From sequence record DRR723986_4095: 37,361 nucleotides of DNA; one strand, 5' to 3'. How positions within the stretch are numbered: position 1 is the stretch's first letter; every line of letters begins with the position of its first letter. Both the position numbers and the translations under genes were made by a program. Below the pieces are notes generated by a model. That model was not told the origin of the DNA. It was given only the letters and a program-made list of their open reading frames with translations, and searched no databases. Shown here one piece after another: positions 19,514 through 29,497 of the stretch.

Positions 19514-21781
19514 ATGATAAGAGCAAATTGGGGTAAAGCTATTCAAGGCAGAAGCATTAGGGGCAAATGCCTAGCAACCACTTTTATATCTGCAATCGCG
19601 TTATCAGGCGCTATCAGCGGGCAGTCTTGGGCCCAACAGAGTGATGCAACCCTAGACGATGAGAGTGTCGAAGAAATTATTGTGACTGCGGGGCGAAGAA
19701 ATCAGTCGCTTCAGGACGTGCCAGCGTCGGTGGTTGCAATATCGCCAGAAGATTTTACTCTTAAGGGCCTTCAGCAAATCCGTGATGTTCTCAGTTATTT
19801 GCCGGGCATTCAATATAATGACCTTGGCACGCCGGGCAGAGGTACAATCTCGGCACGCGGTGTTCCACAATCATCAGCAACGCCTGTGTTTGGTATTTAT
19901 GTTGATGACACGCCGCTGACTTCAAATACAAACTTTTCGAACGGGGCAAATACTCTGCTCGATGGTTTGTTGTTGGATGTGGAGCGCGTAGAGATCATTA
20001 AAGGACCGCAGGGGACTTTGTTTGGTGCTACATCAGTTGGCGGTCTATTGCGTTATATTTCTCGTGATCCTGCGCTTGAAGAATTCCGTGCTTCTTTCAG
20101 TGCAGATACCTCGATTGTTAAAGGCGGCGAGTGGGGCCATACCTTCAGTGGTCGCGTAAGCGCTCCCCTCATTAAAAACAAATTGGGTATTACTGTTGCT
20201 GCTTATTATCAGGAACAGCCCGGATTTGTTGACGCTGTTGACGGCGCAACGGGCGCTTTAGTGCAAGAGGATGTAAACGGCGGTGAAGCAGAAGGGTATT
20301 CTGCTGATTTATTATTCACGCCGACAGAAGAATTGGAAATTCGTCTCAAATATCTTAGGCAGGAGAATAGCGCGCAATCACAATCAAATGTGAGTTTGGC
20401 CAGTGAAAACAGTGTAGATGGATTGTTCGGCGACTATGATAGTATTGAAGCGCTTGGACCAATAAACTTGGATTTTGAGATTTACTCCGGAACACTTAAT
20501 TATGATTTCGGTGGCTTCACCCTTACATCTACAACAAGTCATACTGAGTATGAAAATTCCTCGGTTACAGACCTGACATCGGCTTTTGCCGGACTGTCTG
20601 ATTTGCTTCAGGGTAATCCACCCGGCACTACGACATCTGTACCTTTTGTGGCGTCAAGCGGTGCCAAAAAAATAGTACAAGAGGTTCGGCTAACATCGGC
20701 TGATAGTGATACGTTTGAGTGGATACTTGGTGGCTACTACACAAATGAAGAAACATCCAACATCCAAGATGCTCGGGCTGTACCAGATTTCAATTTATTG
20801 TTTGCAGACTTCCCGTCTGACTACACCGAGTATGCGGCATTTGGTAATTTCACCTATTATTTCAGTGACAAATTCGATATTTCCGGTGGTGTACGTATTA
20901 GCGATACCAAACTGGTATTGAATGTGCTGACCACAGGTGTTTTGGCTGGCGATACTAATATAACAAGCCAACCGATTACAGACACTGTTGATACCTATCT
21001 GTTAGCTGCACGGTATCGTGTGCATGATGATTTATCCCTGTACGCGCGGGTGGCCAGTGGTTACCGCCCAGCTCAGCCCAATATTCCAATTATTGACCCC
21101 GTAACCGGCGTGGATATTGCGCCGCCATTGGTTGAGGCTGATAGTGCGTGGAGTTATGAAGTTGGGGCAAAGGGTAAATCTGCTGATGGATTGATAGACT
21201 TTGACATCGCTTTATGGCGGATTACTTGGGATAATTATCAGGCAGCGGTGGTGTTAAATGGTGTTAGCACCGGCGGCAATGCGGTGGATGGCTTGACAGC
21301 TTATGGATTTGAAAGTGTTATCAATATTCATCCAACGGATGACCTTACAATCACCGGAAATCTTGGGTACACGTCCAGCACGGTGAACTCGGATGAGCCC
21401 GGCATTGGTGCTGTGGAAGGAGAGTTTCTTCCTAATCTGCCAGACTGGCAGGGGTCCATTCAATGGAGTTATGCTTTTGATGTTTCGAGTGACTGGACGG
21501 GCGTTTTTGGTGGCGGCGTGCGCTATACTGCCGGTTCTGCATCAGCTCTTAGCGGCGCAACCTCAGAGCTTAATGTGCCCATTGAAAGCCGTACATTCGC
21601 TGATGTGAATCTTACCGTCTCAAACGGGTCTGTGCATTTTGGCTTATATGCAACTAACCTTTTTGATAACCGTGCATTGCTTAACCGAACCGACAATTTC
21701 CTCGGCGGTGTAGTAACCGATTCCACGGGTGTTTTTGAGCGGCCCAGAACAATTGGTGCTAATATAAAGGTCGACTTTTAG
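19514..21781 (+). CDS. TonB-dependent receptor
   Basis: Signal peptide, TonB box EEIIVTA, plug DVERVEIIKGPQGTLFG and C-terminal RPRTIGANIKVDF; RBS GGAGG. Confidence 0.95.
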   Translation: MIRANWGKAIQGRSIRGKCLATTFISAIALSGAISGQSWAQQSDATLDDESVEEIIVTAGRRNQSLQDVPASVVAISPEDFTLKGLQQIRDVLSYLPGIQYNDLGTPGRGTISARGVPQSSATPVFGIYVDDTPLTSNTNFSNGANTLLDGLLLDVERVEIIKGPQGTLFGATSVGGLLRYISRDPALEEFRASFSADTSIVKGGEWGHTFSGRVSAPLIKNKLGITVAAYYQEQPGFVDAVDGATGALVQEDVNGGEAEGYSADLLFTPTEELEIRLKYLRQENSAQSQSNVSLASENSVDGLFGDYDSIEALGPINLDFEIYSGTLNYDFGGFTLTSTTSHTEYENSSVTDLTSAFAGLSDLLQGNPPGTTTSVPFVASSGAKKIVQEVRLTSADSDTFEWILGGYYTNEETSNIQDARAVPDFNLLFADFPSDYTEYAAFGNFTYYFSDKFDISGGVRISDTKLVLNVLTTGVLAGDTNITSQPITDTVDTYLLAARYRVHDDLSLYARVASGYRPAQPNIPIIDPVTGVDIAPPLVEADSAWSYEVGAKGKSADGLIDFDIALWRITWDNYQAAVVLNGVSTGGNAVDGLTAYGFESVINIHPTDDLTITGNLGYTSSTVNSDEPGIGAVEGEFLPNLPDWQGSIQWSYAFDVSSDWTGVFGGGVRYTAGSASALSGATSELNVPIESRTFADVNLTVSNGSVHFGLYATNLFDNRALLNRTDNFLGGVVTDSTGVFERPRTIGANIKVDF

Positions 21782-21866
21782 AACACAAATACTCCCCCTG
21801 GCAGACCCTTGGGCCGCGGCTTTACCCTTGCGCTTCTAGGGTCGCCATCGGGGCGTATAAATAAGG

Positions 21867-21909
21867 TGCCGAAAAGCGGCGAATTGGTGCGTGGCTTTTC
21901 GGCATTTCT
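21867..21909 (+). terminator. Terminator-like hairpin
   Basis: 11-bp perfect stem TGCCGAAAAGC/GCTTTTCGGCA with a 16-nt loop, followed by TTTCT. Confidence 0.55.
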
Positions 21910-21967
21910 GGTGCACACATACCAGTAAGACTAACGTTATTTAGATCAAAGGCGGGGGAGATAGCAG

Positions 21968-23902
21968 ATGAAGGTTTTGAACAAAATTGGATTGGTGAAA
22001 TTGGCAGCTTGGGCGTTGGTGAGTATCTTCGCATTTGTTCCCAACAATGCGACATTTGCTCAAGAGCAAGAAACGCCTGAACCGGTAGCAGCTGCCGAGC
22101 CTTATCCCGATCTGGAAACCTTCGTTGATGGCATGATGGCAACCCAGTTCAGGTTGTTGGATATACCGGCAATGACAGTCTCTATCGTTAAGGACGGCGA
22201 GATTATTCTTGCAAAAGGCTACGGCATGCAAAACCGGGAAGAAGGCATTCCCGTATCGCCGAAAAAGTCCATGTTCCGGATCGGGTCTACGTCAAAACTG
22301 TTCACTTGGACAGCCGTTATGCAGCAGGTTGAACGCGGTAATCTGGACCTTGATATCGACGTGAATGAATATCTCAAGACATTCCAAATTCCTGATACTT
22401 TCGATGAACCAATTACCCTAAAGCACATCATGACCCATACCCCGGGCTTTGAGGAAGGTGGCCTTGGCTATTTGCTGAATTACGACCCTGAAGCTGCCAC
22501 AACCATTCAGGAATTTGCCTCCACTTATATTCCTGCGCGGGTTAATAAGCCCGGCGTTTATGGCTCCTACTCTAATTACGCTACGGCGCTGGCTGGCTTG
22601 ATCGTTCAAAATGTCTCCGGCATGTCGTTTGATGATTATATCGAACAGAATATTTTCGCGCCGTTGGGTATGGAGTATTCTTCCTTCAGGGAACCGCTGC
22701 CAGACAGCATTATCGACGCTATGACCATTGGTTATGAACGTGAAGCCGGGGTATACAAGTCGCTGCGATATGAGGTTTTGGGCGGTGTTAGGCCGGCTGG
22801 GTCTATGGCATCATCGTCTCTTGATATGGCGAAATTTATGATGGCTTTCCTCAATGACGGATCGCTCAATGGTGCACAAATTCTTAAGCCGGAGACAGTT
22901 CAACAGATGCATACTGTTCTTCACAGGGGCGATGAACGCCTGAGCGGAATTGCCCATGGTTTTTACGAAGAAATAATCAATGGCCACCGGCTAATAGGGC
23001 ATGGCGGTGATACATTCCAGTTTCACACAGATATGTTGTTGGACAAAGAAGAAGGCTTGGGGATTTTTGTTTCCTATCAAACCTTAACCGGGGCCCAAGG
23101 GCGGGGCGAATTTATCCGAACCTTTTATGACCAGTATTATCCGAAACCCCTTGAAGCTATTACACCCCCTTCAGACTTTAATGAGCGGGCGGAAAAATAT
23201 GAAGGTACCTATCTGTTCTGGCGGCGCAACTTTAGCACGCTCGAAAAGGCAATGGGTTTGGCAGGCGGCGGTTTTTCGGTTGATTCTTCGGGTGAAAACA
23301 CTTTGATACTTTCGGGCTTTGAAGAGCCAATGCAATTTGTTGAGATTGATCAGCATCTGTTTAGGCAAGTAGATGGCCCCATGAAAATTGCCTTCGCAGA
23401 GAATGCAGAGGGCGCCATATATGACCTACATATCGATGGCCTGCCATACATGGCGCTAAGCCGTGCACCCGCATTTGAATCGGCGTTGTTCAAGATGCTT
23501 TTGCCTATTGTCTCTTTGTTGTTGTTTTTAACCGTATGGTCCGGGTGGCTATATCGCCGCAAAGAATACAAAACAATGCCAGCAGGTGAGCTTTTGGCTA
23601 TTCGGTTTTCCTTAGCGGCGAGTACGTCGAATTTGGTATTTTTCATGTTGGCTGTTGGTATTTTGGCCACTTACCAAATGGAAATTTATGAAGACATTCC
23701 AACAATTCTGACAGTAAGCCTGCTTCTGCCAATTATCGCAGTTTTGGCGACTATTGGCATGGTGTATTTTGCGGTGAAGGCTTGGCGCGAAAGCTTTTGG
23801 CGGCTTGGGCGGCGCATTCACTATACGCTAGTAGCCGCGGCGGCCGTATTCATGGCTGTATTCTATAATTACTGGAACGTTATAGGGTGGCAGTATCATT
23901 AG
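21968..23902 (+). CDS. Serine hydrolase, beta-lactamase/D-peptidase-like, with C-terminal membrane anchor
   Basis: FRIGSTSK (SxxK), YSN and GHGG motifs; signal peptide; four hydrophobic C-terminal helices. Confidence 0.9.
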   Translation: MKVLNKIGLVKLAAWALVSIFAFVPNNATFAQEQETPEPVAAAEPYPDLETFVDGMMATQFRLLDIPAMTVSIVKDGEIILAKGYGMQNREEGIPVSPKKSMFRIGSTSKLFTWTAVMQQVERGNLDLDIDVNEYLKTFQIPDTFDEPITLKHIMTHTPGFEEGGLGYLLNYDPEAATTIQEFASTYIPARVNKPGVYGSYSNYATALAGLIVQNVSGMSFDDYIEQNIFAPLGMEYSSFREPLPDSIIDAMTIGYEREAGVYKSLRYEVLGGVRPAGSMASSSLDMAKFMMAFLNDGSLNGAQILKPETVQQMHTVLHRGDERLSGIAHGFYEEIINGHRLIGHGGDTFQFHTDMLLDKEEGLGIFVSYQTLTGAQGRGEFIRTFYDQYYPKPLEAITPPSDFNERAEKYEGTYLFWRRNFSTLEKAMGLAGGGFSVDSSGENTLILSGFEEPMQFVEIDQHLFRQVDGPMKIAFAENAEGAIYDLHIDGLPYMALSRAPAFESALFKMLLPIVSLLLFLTVWSGWLYRRKEYKTMPAGELLAIRFSLAASTSNLVFFMLAVGILATYQMEIYEDIPTILTVSLLLPIIAVLATIGMVYFAVKAWRESFWRLGRRIHYTLVAAAAVFMAVFYNYWNVIGWQYH

Positions 23903-23906
23903 GTAT

Positions 23907-23944
23907 TGTCGTCCTGCTTGTGCGTATAGTTAAGCAGGACGACA
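23907..23944. terminator. Hairpin between convergent genes (bidirectional terminator candidate)
   Basis: 13-bp perfect inverted repeat TGTCGTCCTGCTT/AAGCAGGACGACA with a 12-nt loop. Confidence 0.65.
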
Positions 23945-23950
23945 GCAATG

Positions 23951-26398
23951 TTACTTGCTGGCACCTAAGGCTTGTTTAGCGGTATCTAATCGGCCATTAA
24001 ATCTGCTGATGTCCTCGTCGCCGTAGGCGGCTTTAGCACGCGTGCGCGCGTTATCCAGTGCATCCAATAGGTCTGTTTTTGCTGCTGCCTCGGCCACTGC
24101 ATCCGTGCTGCCGACATGATCAATCCAGATAGGCGAGGAATGGGCAAACGGGTAACTGTCCATGCCGGGCCATGTCATTTTGCCGCCGTGTGCCCGGGCT
24201 GCAATCCAGCCACCTTCGGGCAGGTCAACAGTGCCGCTGTAGGTTTTGGCCTCGCCGTCTTTAATGCCCCCGCTTTGCCAAACAACCTTACCGTTGACCA
24301 CAACCTCAACAGTATCAACAGCAAGCGCTGAGGTCAGGTCAATCGACCAATTGTGCGTGCCTGATTGAACCACACCGCCCGGTTTGGTTTCTCCGTTTAG
24401 CGTGAACAATAGCGCGGGCGCGTTGGTCACGAAGCTTTCCCCGCGCTTGGTTTTTTCGAGCACATTGTCCCACGTTGGTTTCTCTCCGCTCATATCAGCA
24501 TATACCCGCGCAGAGCCGGTGGCAGGTGTGCGGTGGAAGGCAGCAAAACTGTCTGTACCTGCCATTGCTACAACCGGTTTACCAATATTGAGCAGGCGGT
24601 ACCAAAGCTCGGACGTGCCAAGCTCATCGGTCCATGCGCACACAATTTCAAGTCCGAGCATATCACTCAAAATGGCATCAGAAACAAACTCAAGGGGAAT
24701 GCTGCTAAGGTTGCCCTCAGCAAACGGGTCTAGGTTTTTTGCAACTGGATGCATGTAGGTAACTAGCCCAGCGCTTTGTGCAGTGGCCGCGAGTACTTCA
24801 CCATTCGAGCGGTCAACATCTGCAAGGCGTGGGTACACACTGCGCGGCCCCCAATGCCACGGTCGGTACTCGTCTGCAATACCTACAAGCCCCAAATGCC
24901 CATGAAAATGCGAGCGCACCTCTTGCCCCATGCGTATAATATTGCCTTTGTCAGACACAACCTGTTGACCAGCAAAAGCCCGGTCCATCAGGCGGGTATG
25001 CAGGTTGGCAAGTAACGGTGCGCCAACGGTAAGGTTTTCACCGTCCATAAGCGGTTTCACATCATTTGGCACCATTTGGTAGGGGCCGTCATAGTTAATA
25101 TGAAAATGGTAATCCGCCGAGGCATATCCGCTGGCGGCAGCATCCCATACTTCGCCAATGGAAAGCTCTATCATCGCTGCACTGTCAGCCCCTAGATCTA
25201 TTGTTTGCGTATCGGCCTTTGTCATTAAGCCATTGACCGCGGTAACAGTAATTGCGCCTTTTGGTACATCAAGGTCAATACTGCCGTCAGAATAGAAGTA
25301 ATGCACACCACTTTCGCCGTCGAAGTAAACCGGGCCGCCGGAGGGCACAATCGGGTGGCCGTCTGCGCCTGTCACTGACAATCGGGCAGCTGTTGGTGTG
25401 CCGCCTTTAACGGTTTTAATGGTGACCGTGCGACGCTCCGCGCCCCAATCACGGCGCTTTATGTCAACTGTTTCAACCGCTCCGCCGAAAGCTGAGGTAC
25501 GTTTCAGGCGAAATTGCTGGTTTTCATCGGGTTCAGAGAAATAAATACTGCTCCCATCAGCGCTCCAATTTGGTGTTAGGGTATAGCTACTGTTCGGGGT
25601 TAGTTCGCTGGCAAAATTCGGCTGATGAACGTCCATGCTAAAAAGCTTGTAGTCGTCTATTTGCGGTAGGGCGACCACAATGGTTTGCTCAGCCGGGTGC
25701 GTGTCTGCCATCAAGTGAGCTGAAATGCCGGTGGTATAGATTGGTTCGTCGGTACCGTCGACGAAAGACCGAAAGCGCAGGTTTTTCTCGGAAAACCCGG
25801 CAAGATGCACATAAACCATGCCACTGCCGTCTTTCAGCATACGCGCGTTGCGTTCAACACCGGTCAGGTCTGTTACTTGCTCACGGTTTCCGGTCGTCAG
25901 ATTTTGACGCCATATATTAAGCGTACCACCAATGCCGGAGGTGAAGTAAAGCGATGCACCGTCTGCAGAAAACTCAGGGTCCAGCTCAATGGTGGGTGTG
26001 TTGATCACGGTTTGTTTTGCAGTATCAAGTGCATAGACAATTATGCTGGTATCTGCACCGTCATCGCGGATGAAAGCGATGCGCGAGCCGTCCGGTGACC
26101 ATCTGGGGCGACTGTCTACGGCTGCAGATTTGGTCAAGCGCGTTGCTATGCCGTTTGTGGTGTCGAGAAGCCAGATAAAACCGCTGTCCGCATAGGCAAC
26201 GGTTTTGCCGTCCGGAGATGCGGCAGGATCAATGGGGCCGGAAGTGAGGCTTGGAAACTCGTGGCCCTCCAAGTAAACATGATGGCCAAACCCATCTACC
26301 TTTGGGTAACGATGTGTCCACTGTGCTGACGCGCTGGTGGCAATAAGTATCGTTGTACAAAGTAAACTTGCGATTTTACCTGTGTTGCTGACCATCAT
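23951..26398 (-). CDS. Secreted TolB-like (PD40) beta-propeller fused to a PHP-like (CehA/McbA-type) metallohydrolase
   Basis: Signal peptide; PAASPDG, PRWSPDG, PEFSADG and PNWSADG repeats; DYHFH, GQE...HGH, YMHP and GTDS metal-site motifs. Confidence 0.8.
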   Translation of the reverse strand: MMVSNTGKIASLLCTTILIATSASAQWTHRYPKVDGFGHHVYLEGHEFPSLTSGPIDPAASPDGKTVAYADSGFIWLLDTTNGIATRLTKSAAVDSRPRWSPDGSRIAFIRDDGADTSIIVYALDTAKQTVINTPTIELDPEFSADGASLYFTSGIGGTLNIWRQNLTTGNREQVTDLTGVERNARMLKDGSGMVYVHLAGFSEKNLRFRSFVDGTDEPIYTTGISAHLMADTHPAEQTIVVALPQIDDYKLFSMDVHQPNFASELTPNSSYTLTPNWSADGSSIYFSEPDENQQFRLKRTSAFGGAVETVDIKRRDWGAERRTVTIKTVKGGTPTAARLSVTGADGHPIVPSGGPVYFDGESGVHYFYSDGSIDLDVPKGAITVTAVNGLMTKADTQTIDLGADSAAMIELSIGEVWDAAASGYASADYHFHINYDGPYQMVPNDVKPLMDGENLTVGAPLLANLHTRLMDRAFAGQQVVSDKGNIIRMGQEVRSHFHGHLGLVGIADEYRPWHWGPRSVYPRLADVDRSNGEVLAATAQSAGLVTYMHPVAKNLDPFAEGNLSSIPLEFVSDAILSDMLGLEIVCAWTDELGTSELWYRLLNIGKPVVAMAGTDSFAAFHRTPATGSARVYADMSGEKPTWDNVLEKTKRGESFVTNAPALLFTLNGETKPGGVVQSGTHNWSIDLTSALAVDTVEVVVNGKVVWQSGGIKDGEAKTYSGTVDLPEGGWIAARAHGGKMTWPGMDSYPFAHSSPIWIDHVGSTDAVAEAAAKTDLLDALDNARTRAKAAYGDEDISRFNGRLDTAKQALGASK

Positions 26399-26525
26399 TC
26401 TTCCCCTTTATTACCCAAGTCAATCATAACCACTGTTGCTGTAGACACAAGAATTGCCTTTTTGGCATTCAATCCGGCGTGCGGGTGTGGTTAGATGCTT
26501 GTTCCAGAAACAATGGGACAGAAAA

Positions 26526-27734
26526 GTGGTTGAAAAGGTTGTCATTATAGGCGGCGGCAATGCCGGAATGCAGGTTGCAGATAGCCTGCGTAGAGGGGGC
26601 TTTGAAGGCTCCATAGATATGCTATGTGCTGAGCCGCATTTGCCTTATCAGCGTCCGCCTCTTTCAAAGAAATTTCTCGAAGGGGCGCTGGAAGAAAAGC
26701 GCTTGTTTTTACGCCCGGCCACCTATTATGAAACCAAAGACATAACCCTGCATTTTTCCACCATTGTAACTTCGGTTGATCGACAGGCTCGTACGGTGAC
26801 CGCGGCCGACGGCAGGCAATTTTCATATGATAAATTAGTGTTTGCCACTGGCGCCCGCGTGCGCCAATTGCCCGGCACGGAAAGCCTCGCGCTTCATTAT
26901 ATTCGCGGTATTGATGATATTGCTTCTCTTAAGCTCTGCCTCGATAGACCAAAGAAAATAGCCATTGTGGGCGGCGGCTTCATTGGCCTAGAGGCAGCGG
27001 CAACGCTCGCGACGCTTGGCCACGATGTTTCCGTGGTAGAGGCTATGCCACAGATTATGCCCGGCCTTGTAGCGCCGGAGATGGCGGCATTTTTTAAAGA
27101 GAAGCACGAAAGATGCGGGGTAAGAATGAACGAGGGAGTAGGCGTTGACGCTGTCGCAAAAACGGGTGATGGATACACCCTTGAATTGGCGGACAGAAGC
27201 AGACTGAACGCTGATCTGGTTATTGTTGGTATCGGCGTTATAGCGAATGCCGAATTGGCCGCAGATGCGGGACTGGCAACTGACCGTGGTATTTCAGTGA
27301 ATGAGTTTACCCAAACAGATGACCCCGACATGTATGCTGTGGGTGACTGCGCAACAGGTATGCACATGCGCTTTGGTGCACCGACCCGGCTGGAAAGCGT
27401 TCAAAATGCTTTTGATCAGGCCATCACGGCGGCAAAATCAATCCTCGGCAACCCTGTACCCTATGATGCCTTGCCGTGGTTTTGGTCAGATCAGTATGAC
27501 CTTAAACTTCAAATGGCGGGTTTGTCGCGAGGCTATACTGACATGGTTGTGCGCGGTGATATGGCAGCGGAGAAGTTCTCAATTTGTTACTTCAAAGGCG
27601 AGCAATTGATCGCGGTTGATTCTGTTAACTCGGTTCCGGATCACATGGCCGCTAAAAGGCTGCTTGCCGCTGGCATCAGCCCTTCTAAAGAGGCCTGTGC
27701 GAATATTGATATGCCGATGAAATCATTTCTATAA
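26526..27734 (+). CDS. FAD/NAD-dependent ferredoxin reductase (putidaredoxin reductase-like)
   Basis: IIGGGNAG, PYQRPPLSK, GGGFIGLE, AVGD, RLESVQNA and PWFWSDQY motifs; probable start GTG 26526. Confidence 0.9.
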   Translation: MVEKVVIIGGGNAGMQVADSLRRGGFEGSIDMLCAEPHLPYQRPPLSKKFLEGALEEKRLFLRPATYYETKDITLHFSTIVTSVDRQARTVTAADGRQFSYDKLVFATGARVRQLPGTESLALHYIRGIDDIASLKLCLDRPKKIAIVGGGFIGLEAAATLATLGHDVSVVEAMPQIMPGLVAPEMAAFFKEKHERCGVRMNEGVGVDAVAKTGDGYTLELADRSRLNADLVIVGIGVIANAELAADAGLATDRGISVNEFTQTDDPDMYAVGDCATGMHMRFGAPTRLESVQNAFDQAITAAKSILGNPVPYDALPWFWSDQYDLKLQMAGLSRGYTDMVVRGDMAAEKFSICYFKGEQLIAVDSVNSVPDHMAAKRLLAAGISPSKEACANIDMPMKSFL

Positions 27735-27749
27735 GATTTAACGCCAACT

Positions 27750-29240
27750 TTAGCCTTTTAGCTTGTCGAGCTTTGCCAAATAAGCCTGTAAATCCTTCTT
27801 TACTTCGGGTGCCATGACAAACAAACCAACAAGGTTGGGCAGGGCCATAACAAAAATAAGCGCGTCTGCCAGATCAAGGATTGCACTTAGTTGCACGGAC
27901 GAACCAATCACAATGAATATGCAAAAGATCAAGCTGAAAAGATGCTCTTTTGTGCGACCTTCTCCGAATAGATAAGTCCAGCCTTTGGTGCCATAATAAG
28001 CCCACGCAATCATGGTTGAAAAAGCAAACAGGGTTGCCGCGATTGACAAAGGAATAGGCGACCAGGAAATCCGGCTTTCAAATGCGGCAGACGTCATTTC
28101 AATGCCACTCAATCCATTGCTTGTTAAAGCTTCCGGCGGAAAACTGGTAATAATAACCAACCCGGTGATGGTGCATATAACAACAGTATCAATGAAAGGC
28201 TCCAGAAGGGCGACATAGCCCTCGGTTAAAGGTTCATTGGTTTGCACTGCGGAGTGGGCGATAGCTGCTGAACCAATGCCAGCTTCGTTAGAAAAAGCCG
28301 CGCGCTGAAAGCCCAAAACCATAATGCCAATGACACCGCCTGTCATGCCTTCGGGGGAAAAGGCCTGTGTGAAGATGGCATAAAAAGCACCCGGAACAGC
28401 CTGATAATTAATGGCGATAATTACCAAGGCACCTACCAAGTAGAGCAACACCATGAAGGGTACGAGTTTGCTGGTGACCCGTCCGATGGACTTTATGCCG
28501 CCAATAATAATGATAGCGACAAGAATGGCCTGCATAATACCAACCAACCAGCCTTTGTCAGCAAAGGCGCTTGTTGCGCCGCCGGTCACTTCGACAATTT
28601 GAGCAAAGGCCTGATTAGATTGGAACATATTACCAATGCCTAAGCAGCCAACAACAATGCTTGCTGCATAGAATATACCCAAACCTTTGCCAGTTTTTGG
28701 CAGGCCGCGTGCTTCAAACCCGCGCTTCAAATAATACATTGGCCCGCCGGAAACGGAGCCATCGGCGTTTTGCTGTCGGTATTTTACCCCCAGCGTACAT
28801 TCAATAAACTTTGTTGCCATGCCCAATAGGCCAGCAACAATCAGCCAAAAAATTGCCCCCGGGCCTCCAAGGGATACAACAATGGCAACCCCGGCGATGT
28901 TGCCGATGCCAACTGTGCCGGAAACCGCGGTTGTTAGTGCCTGAAAGTGCGATACTTCACCTGGGTGATCGGCTTTTGTATAGCGGCCGCTGACAATATC
29001 AACCGCATGTTTAAACCCGCGTAAATTTATGAACTTGAAATAGACAGTAAAAAACAAGGCGCCAAAAATCAGCCAACACACAATAAGCGGTACTTGCGTA
29101 CCACCCACTGTGATTGAATAAAAAATGAATGATGACAAAGCATCTGTTACCGGTTGAACCGCATCATTAATGGTCTGGTCAATATCGCGGGCAGTAACGG
29201 CAGGGGCTTGCGCTAGAAAGGTCGCAATAGCGAGGCCCAC
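27750..29240 (-). CDS. Alanine/glycine:cation symporter (AGCS) family
   Basis: GTVGIGNIAGVA, GGPGAIFW, GGPMYY, FSNEAGIGS and EPFIDTVVICT motifs; exact start uncertain. Confidence 0.93.
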   Translation of the reverse strand: MGLAIATFLAQAPAVTARDIDQTINDAVQPVTDALSSFIFYSITVGGTQVPLIVCWLIFGALFFTVYFKFINLRGFKHAVDIVSGRYTKADHPGEVSHFQALTTAVSGTVGIGNIAGVAIVVSLGGPGAIFWLIVAGLLGMATKFIECTLGVKYRQQNADGSVSGGPMYYLKRGFEARGLPKTGKGLGIFYAASIVVGCLGIGNMFQSNQAFAQIVEVTGGATSAFADKGWLVGIMQAILVAIIIIGGIKSIGRVTSKLVPFMVLLYLVGALVIIAINYQAVPGAFYAIFTQAFSPEGMTGGVIGIMVLGFQRAAFSNEAGIGSAAIAHSAVQTNEPLTEGYVALLEPFIDTVVICTITGLVIITSFPPEALTSNGLSGIEMTSAAFESRISWSPIPLSIAATLFAFSTMIAWAYYGTKGWTYLFGEGRTKEHLFSLIFCIFIVIGSSVQLSAILDLADALIFVMALPNLVGLFVMAPEVKKDLQAYLAKLDKLKG

Positions 29241-29497
29241 TTTAAGGTTGAAATTATGCAGGTTAACCGGCTGTCTCCCTTTTATTCGAACACTATGAGT
29301 ATTTGCTGATATTGTGCAATTCTTACTCTCATCCCTTTAGGGGCCGCTTGCAACAAAATAACCATCTGTGCTCTGTGGCTTTACGGCGTATTTATCGCTG
29401 CAGATCGACATAATTTCGTTGGAATGCAAACAATCCTCACTATAGTCTTTAAGCAGTTTTTGAGAAGCTACGTCATTGTCAGGGAGTGTTTACGAGT

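Noticed and set aside
21968..23902. Antibiotic-resistance beta-lactamase call
   Set aside because: It has HGG instead of KTG and a C-terminal membrane anchor, which fits peptidase-like serine hydrolases.
26454..26525. N-terminal extension of the ferredoxin reductase
   Set aside because: The family begins just before the GxGxxG motif, so GTG 26526 fits better.
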